Source of the DNA: Candidatus Hydrothermarchaeota archaeon
Lineage (GTDB): Archaea; CAYFZR01
Length of the DNA: 64,000 nucleotides
Reading direction: 5' to 3'
Assembly: GCA_046760505.1 (NCBI GenBank)
Contig: JBHIEG010000008.1
Span: forward strand, 1-64,000
Under the pieces are notes generated by a model that made no database searches, was not told the DNA's origin, and saw nothing but the letters and a program-made list of their open reading frames with translations. Positions 45,704 through 55,877 of this stretch are shown in pieces. Position numbers and translations under genes: made by a program. Every line of letters starts with the position of its first letter. Position 1 is the first letter of the stretch.

Positions 45704-46999
45704 TTAACTTGTAACAAGAACCTTTTGAATTCGTACGTAGGGTCCTCCCTCAGAAACCATAAAACCCTTCTCAATACTAGGTCTAAACCTGCATGTATCG
45801 CCAATTGCATCTATTTTTTGAATTTCGCTAACATTTAACTGAATTCTCAAATGCTTTAAAGGAACTCTCTCTTCTCTATCAATTAAATATGCGATCTCTG
45901 GAGTGATCTCAATTCTTCCATCCGTTGTGTCGCTCATGGCTCTAACGATGCCTTCTACATAAAATTTGGATTTTGTTTCTTCGAATATCTCCTCTTCTCT
46001 CCAATCTGAAGGATTTACATAGACATTGCTTATCATTGGTCTCGGCATGCGAACAATGCCATGAGCGTTTCCTGCCTCATCAGAGGTTTTGGCGGTAAGC
46101 CTCGTATGTAATAGGTCAACCTCTCCTTCCTTAATCAGTACCTTTTTCTTTCCTCTGACTCCTTCATCGTCCCATTTAAAGGACCCATATTCGTTTTTTA
46201 AGGTGGGATCATCGATTATTTCCAATTCTTCATTTTCGAAACCAAAAAAAGATCTTCTGTAGACGTCAGCCTCTAAAAAATGGGATATTTCATGAGCCAA
46301 AGCACCTGTCACTTCGCTATCTAGAATAACATCAAATTTACCACTTACCGGCATGATTTTTGCCTTCAACGAAAAATTTATTCTTTCTATCAATTTTTCT
46401 ATGATATCTTCCCATTTTCTATCTTTTACTACCTCAAAACCGCCTATTCCTCCTATTATCTTGGTTGAGTAACCCTGTTTACTCCCATTTTTTAAAATGT
46501 AAATGATAAAATCGGTTGAAGGGGTCTTTTCTCTCACATTCGTGCCCTCTGAGGTGATAAGATGAGAATCTATGCATCTGTGAGAAAGAATTAACTCAGT
46601 GCGAAAATCGCCTGAGAGTTTGTCTCTTATATTACCCTCAATTCCTCTCAGAAAATCGATGGATTCCTCTACGTTAAACTTGATTTTCTGTGGATGTGTG
46701 TAACTTCCCTCCTCAGGCTGTACGGGAATTAATTCCGTAACTTTTTTAATTTCGTTTGCCTGCTTTAATGCAATCCTAGAAACCTTCTTTATGTTCTCTA
46801 CATCGAGTTTGTCTGTACTGGCGATGCTATAGCCATTTTTTAAGGCTCTCAACACTGCTTTCTCAAAATATGATTCGTTGAAATCAAATGATTCGTTTCT
46901 AAGTGATACTTCGACTTCTCTTTGTTTCAAAATTCTGATATCCGCATACTTTGCCTGGGACATGTCCTCTAATACGCCTAATATATCTCTCTCTTCCAT
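45704..46999 (-). CDS. tldD: TldD/PmbA family metalloprotease
   Basis: YADIR, LAHEISHFLEAD, DDPT...YGSF.WDDEG, PRPMISN, VSEGGP; ATG 46999 (ORF track 47020). Confidence 0.85.
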   Translation of the reverse strand: MEERDILGVLEDMSQAKYADIRILKQREVEVSLRNESFDFNESYFEKAVLRALKNGYSIASTDKLDVENIKKVSRIALKQANEIKKVTELIPVQPEEGSYTHPQKIKFNVEESIDFLRGIEGNIRDKLSGDFRTELILSHRCIDSHLITSEGTNVREKTPSTDFIIYILKNGSKQGYSTKIIGGIGGFEVVKDRKWEDIIEKLIERINFSLKAKIMPVSGKFDVILDSEVTGALAHEISHFLEADVYRRSFFGFENEELEIIDDPTLKNEYGSFKWDDEGVRGKKKVLIKEGEVDLLHTRLTAKTSDEAGNAHGIVRMPRPMISNVYVNPSDWREEEIFEETKSKFYVEGIVRAMSDTTDGRIEITPEIAYLIDREERVPLKHLRIQLNVSEIQKIDAIGDTCRFRPSIEKGFMVSEGGPYVRIQKVLVTS

Positions 47000-47088
47000 A
47001 TTCCAATTTATTATAAGCAAAGAATAAATATTTGCTCAGACGAAAGTTACTAACAATTCAGAAATAAGGATAGAAAGGAGAGATTGGG

Positions 47089-47649
47089 ATGAAACCCTTT
47101 TCAATAAAAATGAATTTAGAAAATGGAAATTTAGAAGAATACAGAAAAAAAATCGTTAGAAGATTAAGCGACATGAAAGGGTTTTACATTGATCAAGAGA
47201 AGGAAAAAAGAGAACTTTCAAAAGATCCTGTAATATACGAAGTTTACGAAGTTTCAACTCCTAGCGAGGCGGGTCAGCTTTCTTATGGGGTTACAATACT
47301 CTATCCTGGTAAAATAGGAGAGGAGTACTATATGACCAAGGGACACTTTCACGAGAAGGAAAGCACAGGTGAAATTTACATAGGTATTTCAGGAAGCGGA
47401 ATTTTGTTGATGGAAACAAAAGATGGAGATCATCACTTCATTGAAATGAGGAGAGGAACAATAGCCTATGTTCCTCCTAACTGGGCACACAGGTCAATAA
47501 ACACAGGGAAGGAGATGCTCACTTTTCTAGCCATCTATCCTTCAGATGCTGGTCACGATTACGGTACCATCGAAAAAAAAGGATTTAGGAAGGTAGTTAT
47601 TGAGGTAGACGGAAAAGCAAAGATAATGGACAACCCAAGATACCAGTGA
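47089..47649 (+). CDS. pgiA: Cupin-type glucose-6-phosphate isomerase
   Basis: YYMTKGHFH, GEIY, YVPP.WAHRSINTG, DAGHDY. Confidence 0.92.
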   Translation: MKPFSIKMNLENGNLEEYRKKIVRRLSDMKGFYIDQEKEKRELSKDPVIYEVYEVSTPSEAGQLSYGVTILYPGKIGEEYYMTKGHFHEKESTGEIYIGISGSGILLMETKDGDHHFIEMRRGTIAYVPPNWAHRSINTGKEMLTFLAIYPSDAGHDYGTIEKKGFRKVVIEVDGKAKIMDNPRYQ

Positions 47650-47660
47650 GTTTATATACA

Positions 47661-48011
47661 CTAGCATGTGAGATGAAGAGCGGCAACTACTTTCTTTGAT
47701 TTTGAAAGATCGTTGAAAATTTTGCATGCCTTTTCGGTTCTTTCTTTAATTAGTTCAATCCCCTTATTTTTTAAGTAATCCTCGACTTCCGGCAAAACTT
47801 TCATTACTCCAGAATGTCCGGTACCAACTATCAAAACATCTGGCTTTTCGCTTAAAGCCTCTTCTAAATCTTCTATTGATAATTGGTGACCAGATTTTCT
47901 CCACCAATTATCCAGAATTCTGTCTCCGAGAATGATTACATCTCTAGTATAACTTCTTCCTTTAATTATAATTTTACCAAATTCGTATGAATCGATCATT
48001 TTTTCTAACAT
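47661..48011 (-). CDS. Mth938-like domain protein
   Basis: IDSYEFGKIII.G..Y..DVI, WWRK.GH, VGTG, AALHLTC. Confidence 0.9.
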   Translation of the reverse strand: MLEKMIDSYEFGKIIIKGRSYTRDVIILGDRILDNWWRKSGHQLSIEDLEEALSEKPDVLIVGTGHSGVMKVLPEVEDYLKNKGIELIKERTEKACKIFNDLSKSKKVVAALHLTC

Positions 48012-48017
48012 AGGGAT

Positions 48018-48404
48018 TTATCCGGCTCGATAGTGTTCTATTCTCTCTCTCACCTGAACAATTAACTCCCTTCCAAAACCGCGATCCTCAATTCCTATTA
48101 CTCGACCGTTTCCCATGATCTCTAATTGCACCCTGCCCACAATTGTTTCGCACTCTTCATATATGTCGTACTGAATGATTCTCTGCACGCTCAATTGTTT
48201 GGATCTAACCCTTGCGATATATCCCTCGTCACCTCTCTTGAGATCTTCCTTAGATTTGGCTGTTATGAACAGGAGGTCTCCTACATTTATATCCATCAAA
48301 GCGTTTAGATTATGAATACTCTTTATTTCCAGCGTTCTGATTCTATCGTGCAACAGGTCTCGAAGAACTTTTGGAGAAATAGAGGTCAAAGCATAAATTT
48401 TCAT
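48018..48404 (-). CDS. DUF473 family protein
   Basis: LTSISP.VL.DL...IRTLEIKS.HN pattern; GAGGTGA RBS. Confidence 0.75.
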   Translation of the reverse strand: MKIYALTSISPKVLRDLLHDRIRTLEIKSIHNLNALMDINVGDLLFITAKSKEDLKRGDEGYIARVRSKQLSVQRIIQYDIYEECETIVGRVQLEIMGNGRVIGIEDRGFGRELIVQVRERIEHYRAG

Positions 48405-48413
48405 AGGATCACC

Positions 48414-49133
48414 TCACAAATACATCACTGACGGTGGTCTCTCCCTTTCCTCAGCTGTTTTCATTTGCTGACTTAGATTGTGCATGTATTCTTCGAATTT
48501 CTCGGCTTCTTCAAGAAGGGGTTCCGTTCTTATTTCTAAACCAAGTAGTCTGTTCAAAGCTTTTACCATTTCTGCTGCTGATCTCGGATCAGGTGCTACA
48601 CCTTCCGTCTCAGACAATATGCACACAGAAAAGAGATTTTTGTTATAGCAATCCAATAATATTTGTCCCGAAATTCCCGTTATGCCCCCTCGTTCCATTA
48701 AGGGTATATTTGTTTTTTTAAGTATTTCTAAACTGTCTGAAGTTCCTGCAACACCAAATACATTTCTTTCTTCTTTTCTACCGGCAGCTATTCCGGCCAG
48801 AGTTACAACCAGTTTTGGATTGTACTGAGAAATCCAATCGACTATTGAACTTGATGTATCAAATACTGCTTGGGGAGGTATAAATATGTCAGAATACAGT
48901 ATAAAAAGATCCTCGGAGGCGTAAATGCGAACCGGAGGTCTAACGATACCTTTCTCCAGAACAGCAATCGGAGCAAAGTGTGGGGATTTTACATACGCCA
49001 CATATTCCATATTTAGTTCATTTATTATGTGATATGCTGCAATACTCCCTACCAAGCCTACTCCTGGGAAACCCTCTACTACGGTTGGTTCTTTGACGTA
49101 GAACTCGGCTACCTCCACTACCTTGGTTTCCAT
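48414..49133 (-). CDS. Proteasome assembly chaperone (PAC2) family protein
   Basis: EGFPGVGLVGSIA, PPVRIY, GISG, PDPRSAA, C-terminal MYL. Confidence 0.92.
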   Translation of the reverse strand: METKVVEVAEFYVKEPTVVEGFPGVGLVGSIAAYHIINELNMEYVAYVKSPHFAPIAVLEKGIVRPPVRIYASEDLFILYSDIFIPPQAVFDTSSSIVDWISQYNPKLVVTLAGIAAGRKEERNVFGVAGTSDSLEILKKTNIPLMERGGITGISGQILLDCYNKNLFSVCILSETEGVAPDPRSAAEMVKALNRLLGLEIRTEPLLEEAEKFEEYMHNLSQQMKTAEERERPPSVMYL

Positions 49134-49179
49134 GGTAACACCTCGTTTAGATTTTATTAAAAAATAAAATGTATGTGAT

Positions 49180-49563
49180 TTATAAAGATCTCGATCTCCT
49201 AAATTTTTTCAGGTAAAAATAGGATCCCTTGTAATTTATTAATTCTCCTTGACAGTATTCTCCAGAGATCGGTCTTATAAGCATATCTGCACGTACTTTT
49301 TTCGCAACATTCTCGATGTATGGTACTAACTCCATTGGCGGTCTTATCGAATAAATTAATTCTGAACCTTCGTATATACTCAAATCTGGCTCAATTATGT
49401 TGTCTATTATAACATCAAAATCTTCACTCACCGCATTGATATCCGTGGCAACTACCCTTAAACCCCGCTCCCTTAAAGATCTGGCTATTTTTGTATAGTT
49501 TCCCAGTCCTACCTCAACTACCTTGGTATAATTTTCGGAAATATAATCTATGATTCCTTTCAT
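49180..49563 (-). CDS. UPF0146 family protein
   Basis: KVVEVGLG, ATDI, D.I.EPDLSIY...LIYSIRPP.EL. Confidence 0.9.
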   Translation of the reverse strand: MKGIIDYISENYTKVVEVGLGNYTKIARSLRERGLRVVATDINAVSEDFDVIIDNIIEPDLSIYEGSELIYSIRPPMELVPYIENVAKKVRADMLIRPISGEYCQGELINYKGSYFYLKKFRRSRSL

Positions 49564-49571
49564 ATTGAGAT

Positions 49572-51995
49572 TTACCTTTTTTCTTCTGTAAATCTCCAGA
49601 AGAATACTTCGTCCATAAAGTGCTTACCTATTTTCGGTCTCTGTGTTATTCCACCTGTTAAGGCTTCCATCTGAATTTTCTTCTCAATCATTGATACCAT
49701 CTTTCTGGCAGAAATAACCGAGTCCGGATTGACGGAAATTGATGTGGCGCCCATTCTTATCAAGAATTCGAGATAATCAGGGTATACACTTGGTGCCTGT
49801 CCGCAAATAGACGTTGTCACACCGTATTTCTTGCAGACCGTTATTGTATAAGCCAGAGCCCTCAGAACGGATAGATCTCTTTCATCGTATATTTCCTGAA
49901 CTGCCTCATCGTTTCTATCAACACCGAGGATTAACATGGTTAGATCATTCGTACCGAAACTGATTCCATCCACACCCGCCTTGCAGAACTCCTCTATTAA
50001 GAATACACTGCTTGGCACCTCAACCATGATCCAGAGCTGGAAATCTGGATCTACCCTGTTATCAAGCCCTTCTTCCCTCATTATTTCAACTACTTTGTTG
50101 AATACATCGACCTTTCTTACGAAAGGAAGCATAACCCATACGTTTGTTAATCCAAACTCTTCCCTTACCTTTCTGATCGCCCTGAGTTCCAGTCTGAATA
50201 TATCATGTTCCTTCAGATATCTGTGCTGACCTCTATAACCTATCATCGGATTGGGTCCTACGTGTCCAGCCTCGAGTTCGTATTTCTCTCCTCCAGGCAT
50301 CTCCAAGAACTCGTCGGGCTTAAAATCCAAGAACCTGTAAACAACGGGCTTTGGATAGAAGGCCTCCGCTACCTGTCTTATGCCTTCAGCAAACCTTTCT
50401 ATCATGACGCTTTCTCCGCCCTCTTCGATCAGGAGTCTCGGATGTTTGCCAATGCTAAGCATCAAGTGTTCCGCTCTGAGCAGACCGACGCCATCAGGCT
50501 CCGAGTCTCTTGCCACCTTTTCAGCGATTTCAGGGATTGAGAGATTTACATAAACCTTCGTAGCAGTTGTAGGCTGTACAAGTCCTACCGGTATAGCCTT
50601 AGCCACCGCTTCCTCCTCAATCAGTTCCTCAATGCGACCTCTGTATACTACACCCGTAGTTCCATCTACCGTTACCTCTCCAACTCCATCTAAAACTTCT
50701 GTTCCATTTCCTGTACCCACTATGCATGGTATACCCAACTCCCTGCTTACTATAGCCGCGTGACATGTTTTTCCTCCAGAATTCGTAACAATGGCCGCAG
50801 ATTTTTTCATAGCAGGTACCCAATCAGGCGTGGTCATTTCTGTAACTATTACATCTCCTTCTTTTACTTGTCCAATATCCTTCACATCCAATATTACCTT
50901 TACAGGACCTGAACCTATTCCAGGGCTTACTCCTAGCCCTTTTAATAAAATTTCTCTCTCACCAGAAACAGGTTCCACTTTCTCTACCTCTTTTTCCTCC
51001 TTAACTTCAACCTTTGAATATATGGTCTCCGGTCTTGACTGTAAGATATATATGTTGTTGTTTTGATCTATAGCCCACTCTATGTCCTGGGGCACGCCGT
51101 AGTGATCTTCTATCTGTTTTCCATATTTTGCTATGGTTATCACTTCTTCATCTGTTAATGAAGGTTTCTCCTGTTTATCGTCCTCTACAGGGATGTGTTT
51201 CGTCTCTCCCGTAGCAGGATCCATCTGGAATTGAGTAGTCTTTTTTGCTATATCCTTTTTAAGTATTTTTAGTGTATTTTTATCCACCAAAAATTCATCA
51301 GGAGTGATTTTACCGCTTACTATTGCCTCCCCTAAACCCCAACCTGAATTTATGAGAATTTTATCTCTCTCACCAGTAGTCGGTTCTAGGGTAAACATTA
51401 CCCCTGCGCTCCTAGAGTTTACCATTTGCTGAACCGCCACGCTTATCAAGACGTCCTCATGTCTGAAGCCTTTTTCAACCCTGTACATAGTTGCCCTGGG
51501 TGTGAACAATGACCCCCAGCACTTTTGCACCTTCTCTAAAAGATCCTCCCCTGTTACATTCAGATAGGTATCCTGCTGACCAGCAAAACTTGCCCCAGGT
51601 AAATCCTCTGCTGTGGCGCTGGATCTTACCGCAACAAGCAAGTTTTTATCCTTGGTCTTTTTTCTTAATTCCTCATAGGCTTTTACTATAGCCTCTTTTA
51701 TTTCATCTGGCATTGGTGTAGTTTCAATAATCTCTCTAGCCTTTCCAGCGGCCTTGTTCAGTTCATCTAGGTCCGTTATGTCGGCTTCCTCAATGGTTCG
51801 ATAAATTTCCTCGCCGATTCCTGTCTTCTTTATAAAGTATTCAAAGGCTTTTGCGGTTACAGCAAAGCCAGGAGGCACAGGAACCTTTATTTTTGCGGAT
51901 AGTTCTCCCAAGTTGGCACACTTGCCACCAACTAAAGGTATATCCTCTTTGGTCAGGTCTTCAAGCCATTTTATAAAATCCTTTTTTTGGGTAAT
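49572..51995 (-). CDS. ppsA: Phosphoenolpyruvate synthase (probable non-canonical ATT start)
   Basis: AVRSSATAEDLP.ASFAGQQDT, TCHAAIVSRE phospho-His, GLLRAE, SFGTNDL, SICGQ; the conserved N-terminus FIKWLEDL...VGGKCANLGE lies upstream of the ORF-track start 51911. Confidence 0.95.
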   Translation of the reverse strand: MTQKKDFIKWLEDLTKEDIPLVGGKCANLGELSAKIKVPVPPGFAVTAKAFEYFIKKTGIGEEIYRTIEEADITDLDELNKAAGKAREIIETTPMPDEIKEAIVKAYEELRKKTKDKNLLVAVRSSATAEDLPGASFAGQQDTYLNVTGEDLLEKVQKCWGSLFTPRATMYRVEKGFRHEDVLISVAVQQMVNSRSAGVMFTLEPTTGERDKILINSGWGLGEAIVSGKITPDEFLVDKNTLKILKKDIAKKTTQFQMDPATGETKHIPVEDDKQEKPSLTDEEVITIAKYGKQIEDHYGVPQDIEWAIDQNNNIYILQSRPETIYSKVEVKEEKEVEKVEPVSGEREILLKGLGVSPGIGSGPVKVILDVKDIGQVKEGDVIVTEMTTPDWVPAMKKSAAIVTNSGGKTCHAAIVSRELGIPCIVGTGNGTEVLDGVGEVTVDGTTGVVYRGRIEELIEEEAVAKAIPVGLVQPTTATKVYVNLSIPEIAEKVARDSEPDGVGLLRAEHLMLSIGKHPRLLIEEGGESVMIERFAEGIRQVAEAFYPKPVVYRFLDFKPDEFLEMPGGEKYELEAGHVGPNPMIGYRGQHRYLKEHDIFRLELRAIRKVREEFGLTNVWVMLPFVRKVDVFNKVVEIMREEGLDNRVDPDFQLWIMVEVPSSVFLIEEFCKAGVDGISFGTNDLTMLILGVDRNDEAVQEIYDERDLSVLRALAYTITVCKKYGVTTSICGQAPSVYPDYLEFLIRMGATSISVNPDSVISARKMVSMIEKKIQMEALTGGITQRPKIGKHFMDEVFFWRFTEEKR

Positions 51996-52143
51996 CTGTA
52001 TCCCCCTCCTCTTGTAAGGTTAACTGCTGAGATTAAGAAATGTGTTGAAATATATAAATCTATTTACTTTTATTTACTGTACAACATTATACACTGAGAT
52101 CAATTTCGCTGGTTATTTATACTCCTTCCCTAGAGGATTTAGC

Positions 52144-52869
52144 ATGGAAGAAAAGAGGATGCCGATATGGGAACACTTGGAGGAACTGAGGAGAAGGATC
52201 TTAATATCTGCCGGAGCCGTACTGTTATTTGCAATAATAACATTTCCTCTCACAGATGATCTTTTAGAACAATTAAAGAATGCTTTCCTCTCCAACAATC
52301 CTGCGTTTCCAGGGGGCATAGACCTCGTTGTACTCGCCCCGATGGAGGCGATATTCGTGAGATTCAAGATGGCTGTAGTTTTGGGTCTCGCTCTAGCCCT
52401 GCCTGTTATCATGTACGAGGGTTTTAAGTTTATCGCGCCAGGACTCTATCCAAAGGAGAAAAGGTTCATATTGAGTATATCTCTGTTTTGGCTTTTCTTG
52501 AGTTTATTCGGTCTAGCATTTGCAATTTTTCTCGTAATTCCATTGACCTTTAAATTTATTTTAAGGTTTGCGCTTCCTTTTGCGACGCCCGAACTAAGGC
52601 TTGAATACTTCGTGACCTTCATACTATACACTGCGCTGGGTTGCATAGCGATAGCCCAGTTACCTCTCGTTATGGGTGCTATATCATACTTAGGATTCGT
52701 GACACCTCAGCAACTTAAATCCTACAGGAGGTACGCGATAGTAATACTCGCAATAATAACCGCAATAGTGACCCCGGATCCAACCGGGATTACCATGATC
52801 TTTGAACTTATCCCCCTTTTATTTTTGTATGAAGTTGGCATACAGGTAGCCAAAATTGCCAGGAGGTGA
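52144..52869 (+). CDS. tatC: Twin-arginine translocase subunit TatC
   Basis: EHLEELRRR, FIAPGLYPKE, RRYAIV, AIVTPDP, LYEVGI; ATG 52144. Confidence 0.95.
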   Translation: MEEKRMPIWEHLEELRRRILISAGAVLLFAIITFPLTDDLLEQLKNAFLSNNPAFPGGIDLVVLAPMEAIFVRFKMAVVLGLALALPVIMYEGFKFIAPGLYPKEKRFILSISLFWLFLSLFGLAFAIFLVIPLTFKFILRFALPFATPELRLEYFVTFILYTALGCIAIAQLPLVMGAISYLGFVTPQQLKSYRRYAIVILAIITAIVTPDPTGITMIFELIPLLFLYEVGIQVAKIARR

Positions 52870-52873
52870 TTCA

Positions 52874-53401
52874 TTGGACGTTATTGAGGCAATTAAAGAG
52901 AGAAGAAGCGTGAGAGAATTTACCGATGATGATGTGAGCGATGAAATCGTTAGAGAAATACTTGATTGTGCAAGATGGGCTCCATCTGGGATAAACAATC
53001 AGGCTTGGAGATTTATCGTTATAAAGAATAATGAAACAAAAGAAAAACTCTCAAAACTCACCCACTATGGGCGTATTATTAGAGAGTCAAAAGTCTGTAT
53101 AGCTGTTTTCCTAGATCTCAATGTTATGTATGACAGGACAAAGGATGTTCAATCAATCGGCGCCTGTATCCAAAATATGTTATTGGCGGTACATGCACTC
53201 GGTTTGGGAGCGGTATGGCTTGGAGAAATATTAAAGAACAAAGAAAAGGTTAGGGAGATTCTGGAAGCCCCAGAATTTTATGAACTCATGGCAGTGGTTG
53301 CATTGGGCTATCCGAAACCTAAAAAAAGGACTTCGAGTAGAAAGGATCTAAGTGAAATTACTTACTCAGAAACCTATGGAAACAAATTTGAGGTAGGTTA
53401 A
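52874..53401 (+). CDS. Nitroreductase family protein
   Basis: RRSVREF, WAPSGINNQAW, QNMLLAVHALGLGAVW, LGYP; TTG 4 nt after GGAGGTGA. Confidence 0.93.
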   Translation: MDVIEAIKERRSVREFTDDDVSDEIVREILDCARWAPSGINNQAWRFIVIKNNETKEKLSKLTHYGRIIRESKVCIAVFLDLNVMYDRTKDVQSIGACIQNMLLAVHALGLGAVWLGEILKNKEKVREILEAPEFYELMAVVALGYPKPKKRTSSRKDLSEITYSETYGNKFEVG

Positions 53402-53403
53402 CC

Positions 53404-54546
53404 TTGAGGGAAGAGGGGAAATCCAAAGCAGAGATATTTAAAGAGTTGGAAAAATACAGGGACCTAGATTACAGATATGAAAATGGAAGAATACTGAGTT
53501 CCATGTGTACAATTCCTCACGAAATTGCGAAAGAAGTCTTCATGAATTTTTTTGAAACAAATCTTGGAGATCCTGGTCTCTTTTCAGGAACGAATTATAT
53601 AGAAAAAGAAGTAATATCAGCATTGGGCTCCTTACTTGGAAAAAACAAGGCATGCGGATACCTGGTCTCAGGGGGCACCGAAGCAAACATGATGGCGATG
53701 AGGGTAGCAAGGAATCTGAAGGGAATTGAGAGGCCGGAGGTAATTATACCTGAAAGCGCCCATTTCTCATTCGACAAGGCAGGAGACGTATTAGGAATTA
53801 ATATGCGTAAAGTTCCTCTAGATGGTAATTTTAGGGCAGATTTGGAAGCAGTAGAGAATTCTATAGGGAAGAACACCATAGCCATAGTCGGAGTGGCAGG
53901 TACAACTGAATTTGGAGTTATCGATCCGGTGGAAGAACTTGCAAAGTTATCCCTAGATTACGATTTGTTTTTACACATAGATGCCGCATTTGGAGGTTTC
54001 GTAATACCTTTCCTTAAAGAGATGGGATATAATCTTCCGGATTTTGATTTTTCAATAAATGGAGTCGATTCTATTACAATAGATCCTCACAAAATGGGTT
54101 TGGCTCCCATCCCAAGTGGAGGAATACTTTTTAGTGACCCTAAGGTACTAAAATATCTTGAAGTAGAAACCCCCTACTTAACTGAGCCCAAGCAATTTAC
54201 AATGGTTGGAACACGTCCCGGAGCATCTGCGGCCGCGACATGGGCTGTCTTGAATTTACTCGGTAGGAAAGGGTACAGGGAAATAGTAAAAAACTGCATG
54301 GAACTCACATATTACCTAGCGGATGGTATAAAAAAGCTCGGACTTAAATTACCTGTTGAGCCCACTCTAAACGTGCTCGCATTTCATGTTGAGGATCTCG
54401 ATGGTGTGATTAAAAGATTAAAAAAGGAGGGATGGATCGTATCTAGAACCAGGAAACCACCCTGTATAAGAATTGTCATAATGCCCCACGTAAAAAAAGA
54501 ACATATAGACGATTTTTTGGAGACATTAGAAAAAATTCTGGGATAA
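53404..54546 (+). CDS. mfnA: Tyrosine/aspartate decarboxylase (PLP, group II)
   Basis: [38 protein letters not shown]. Confidence 0.93.
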   Translation: MREEGKSKAEIFKELEKYRDLDYRYENGRILSSMCTIPHEIAKEVFMNFFETNLGDPGLFSGTNYIEKEVISALGSLLGKNKACGYLVSGGTEANMMAMRVARNLKGIERPEVIIPESAHFSFDKAGDVLGINMRKVPLDGNFRADLEAVENSIGKNTIAIVGVAGTTEFGVIDPVEELAKLSLDYDLFLHIDAAFGGFVIPFLKEMGYNLPDFDFSINGVDSITIDPHKMGLAPIPSGGILFSDPKVLKYLEVETPYLTEPKQFTMVGTRPGASAAATWAVLNLLGRKGYREIVKNCMELTYYLADGIKKLGLKLPVEPTLNVLAFHVEDLDGVIKRLKKEGWIVSRTRKPPCIRIVIMPHVKKEHIDDFLETLEKILG

Positions 54547-54548
54547 TT

Positions 54549-55106
54549 ATGCTGGAAAAATTAAAGGAGAGTTTGAAAAACATACCCGTGATAAAAAAAG
54601 GTGAATATGAATATTTCGTCCATCCGATAACAGATGGCATACCCCTAGTGGAGCCCGAGGTGCTTAGAGAGGCTTCAACATACATAATAAATACGGTTGA
54701 CCTGAACGTGGATAAAATACTCACAATAGAAGCCATGGGTATACATCTGGCTACAACCCTATCTCTCATGACAGATCTGCCATTGGTGATAGTTAGAAAA
54801 AGGAAATATGGTCTCGCAGGAGAAGTGGCTGTTCATCAAGTGACTGGATACAGTAAGGGAGAACTGTACATAAATGGTGTAATGGAAGGAGATCGTATTT
54901 TGATTGTTGATGATGTAATAAGCACGGGTGGCACATTAACCTCAGTTATATCCGCATTAAAACAAATAGGAGCGATTATCACGGACGTTATAACCGTATT
55001 CGAGAGAGGAGAAGGAGTAAGAGAAGTGAAAAAATCTACAGGAATAGATGTCAAGACATTAATCAGAATTGATGTGAAGGACGGTAAAGTTACACTTATT
55101 GAGTAG
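54549..55106 (+). CDS. hpt: Archaeal hypoxanthine/guanine phosphoribosyltransferase
   Basis: [34 protein letters not shown]. Confidence 0.9.
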   Translation: MLEKLKESLKNIPVIKKGEYEYFVHPITDGIPLVEPEVLREASTYIINTVDLNVDKILTIEAMGIHLATTLSLMTDLPLVIVRKRKYGLAGEVAVHQVTGYSKGELYINGVMEGDRILIVDDVISTGGTLTSVISALKQIGAIITDVITVFERGEGVREVKKSTGIDVKTLIRIDVKDGKVTLIE

Positions 55107-55125
55107 TCAACTGTTTAGGGAAAAA

Positions 55126-55875
55126 ATGAAAATAACCATACTTGGTAGTGGATCTACACATGGAACGCCAAAAATAAACTGTCAGTGCAAAAATTGTATT
55201 AGTGGTTTAAAACGCCTTAGATCCGGATTCATTGTTGAAACAGGGGATAAAAATATTCTTGTAGATCCAAATCCTGATATCCGGTTCCAGTTACTTGAGT
55301 ACCCAAAAATGCCAGATGCGATAATCGCTACCCATATGCACTTTGATCATATTGGCGGTCTTGGAGATATTATCGGTGAAAAAATACCTCTTTATGCCAC
55401 CAAGGATGTTTTGGATTATTTGCTAGGATATTTTGGATACATGATAGAGGAGAACAGAATCGATCCAAATCCCATCAAGATCTTTCAGAAATTCAACATA
55501 GGGGATGTAGAGGTAAAACTCTTTCCTGTGATCCATACATCAAGCCCTCTAACGTCAGTGGGCATAAAAATTTATGATGGTTCTGAGTTTGTGTATTCAG
55601 GGGACACAGGTTATAAGTTGGACGAAGAATCACTGTACACCATGAAAAAGGCTGATTTACTTCTCATAGAGGCAACATTTTATAAAGAACATTTTCCAAC
55701 AATCCATCTCCGTTTAGAAGATACCATAAGGCTTACTAAAGAATTAGATCCTGAAAAAGCAATATTTACACATATTAGCCACAAAAATCTCTCCCAATAT
55801 GATTTAGAGAAATATGTCGGACTCATATTCGACAATGTTTTGATTGCCAGAGACTTTATGCAAGTGGAGGTATAA
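55126..55875 (+). CDS. PhnP-like MBL-fold hydrolase
   Basis: LGSGS.HG.P.INCQC..C, THMHFDH, YSGDT, THISH. Confidence 0.88.
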   Translation: MKITILGSGSTHGTPKINCQCKNCISGLKRLRSGFIVETGDKNILVDPNPDIRFQLLEYPKMPDAIIATHMHFDHIGGLGDIIGEKIPLYATKDVLDYLLGYFGYMIEENRIDPNPIKIFQKFNIGDVEVKLFPVIHTSSPLTSVGIKIYDGSEFVYSGDTGYKLDEESLYTMKKADLLLIEATFYKEHFPTIHLRLEDTIRLTKELDPEKAIFTHISHKNLSQYDLEKYVGLIFDNVLIARDFMQVEV

Positions 55876-55877
55876 CC

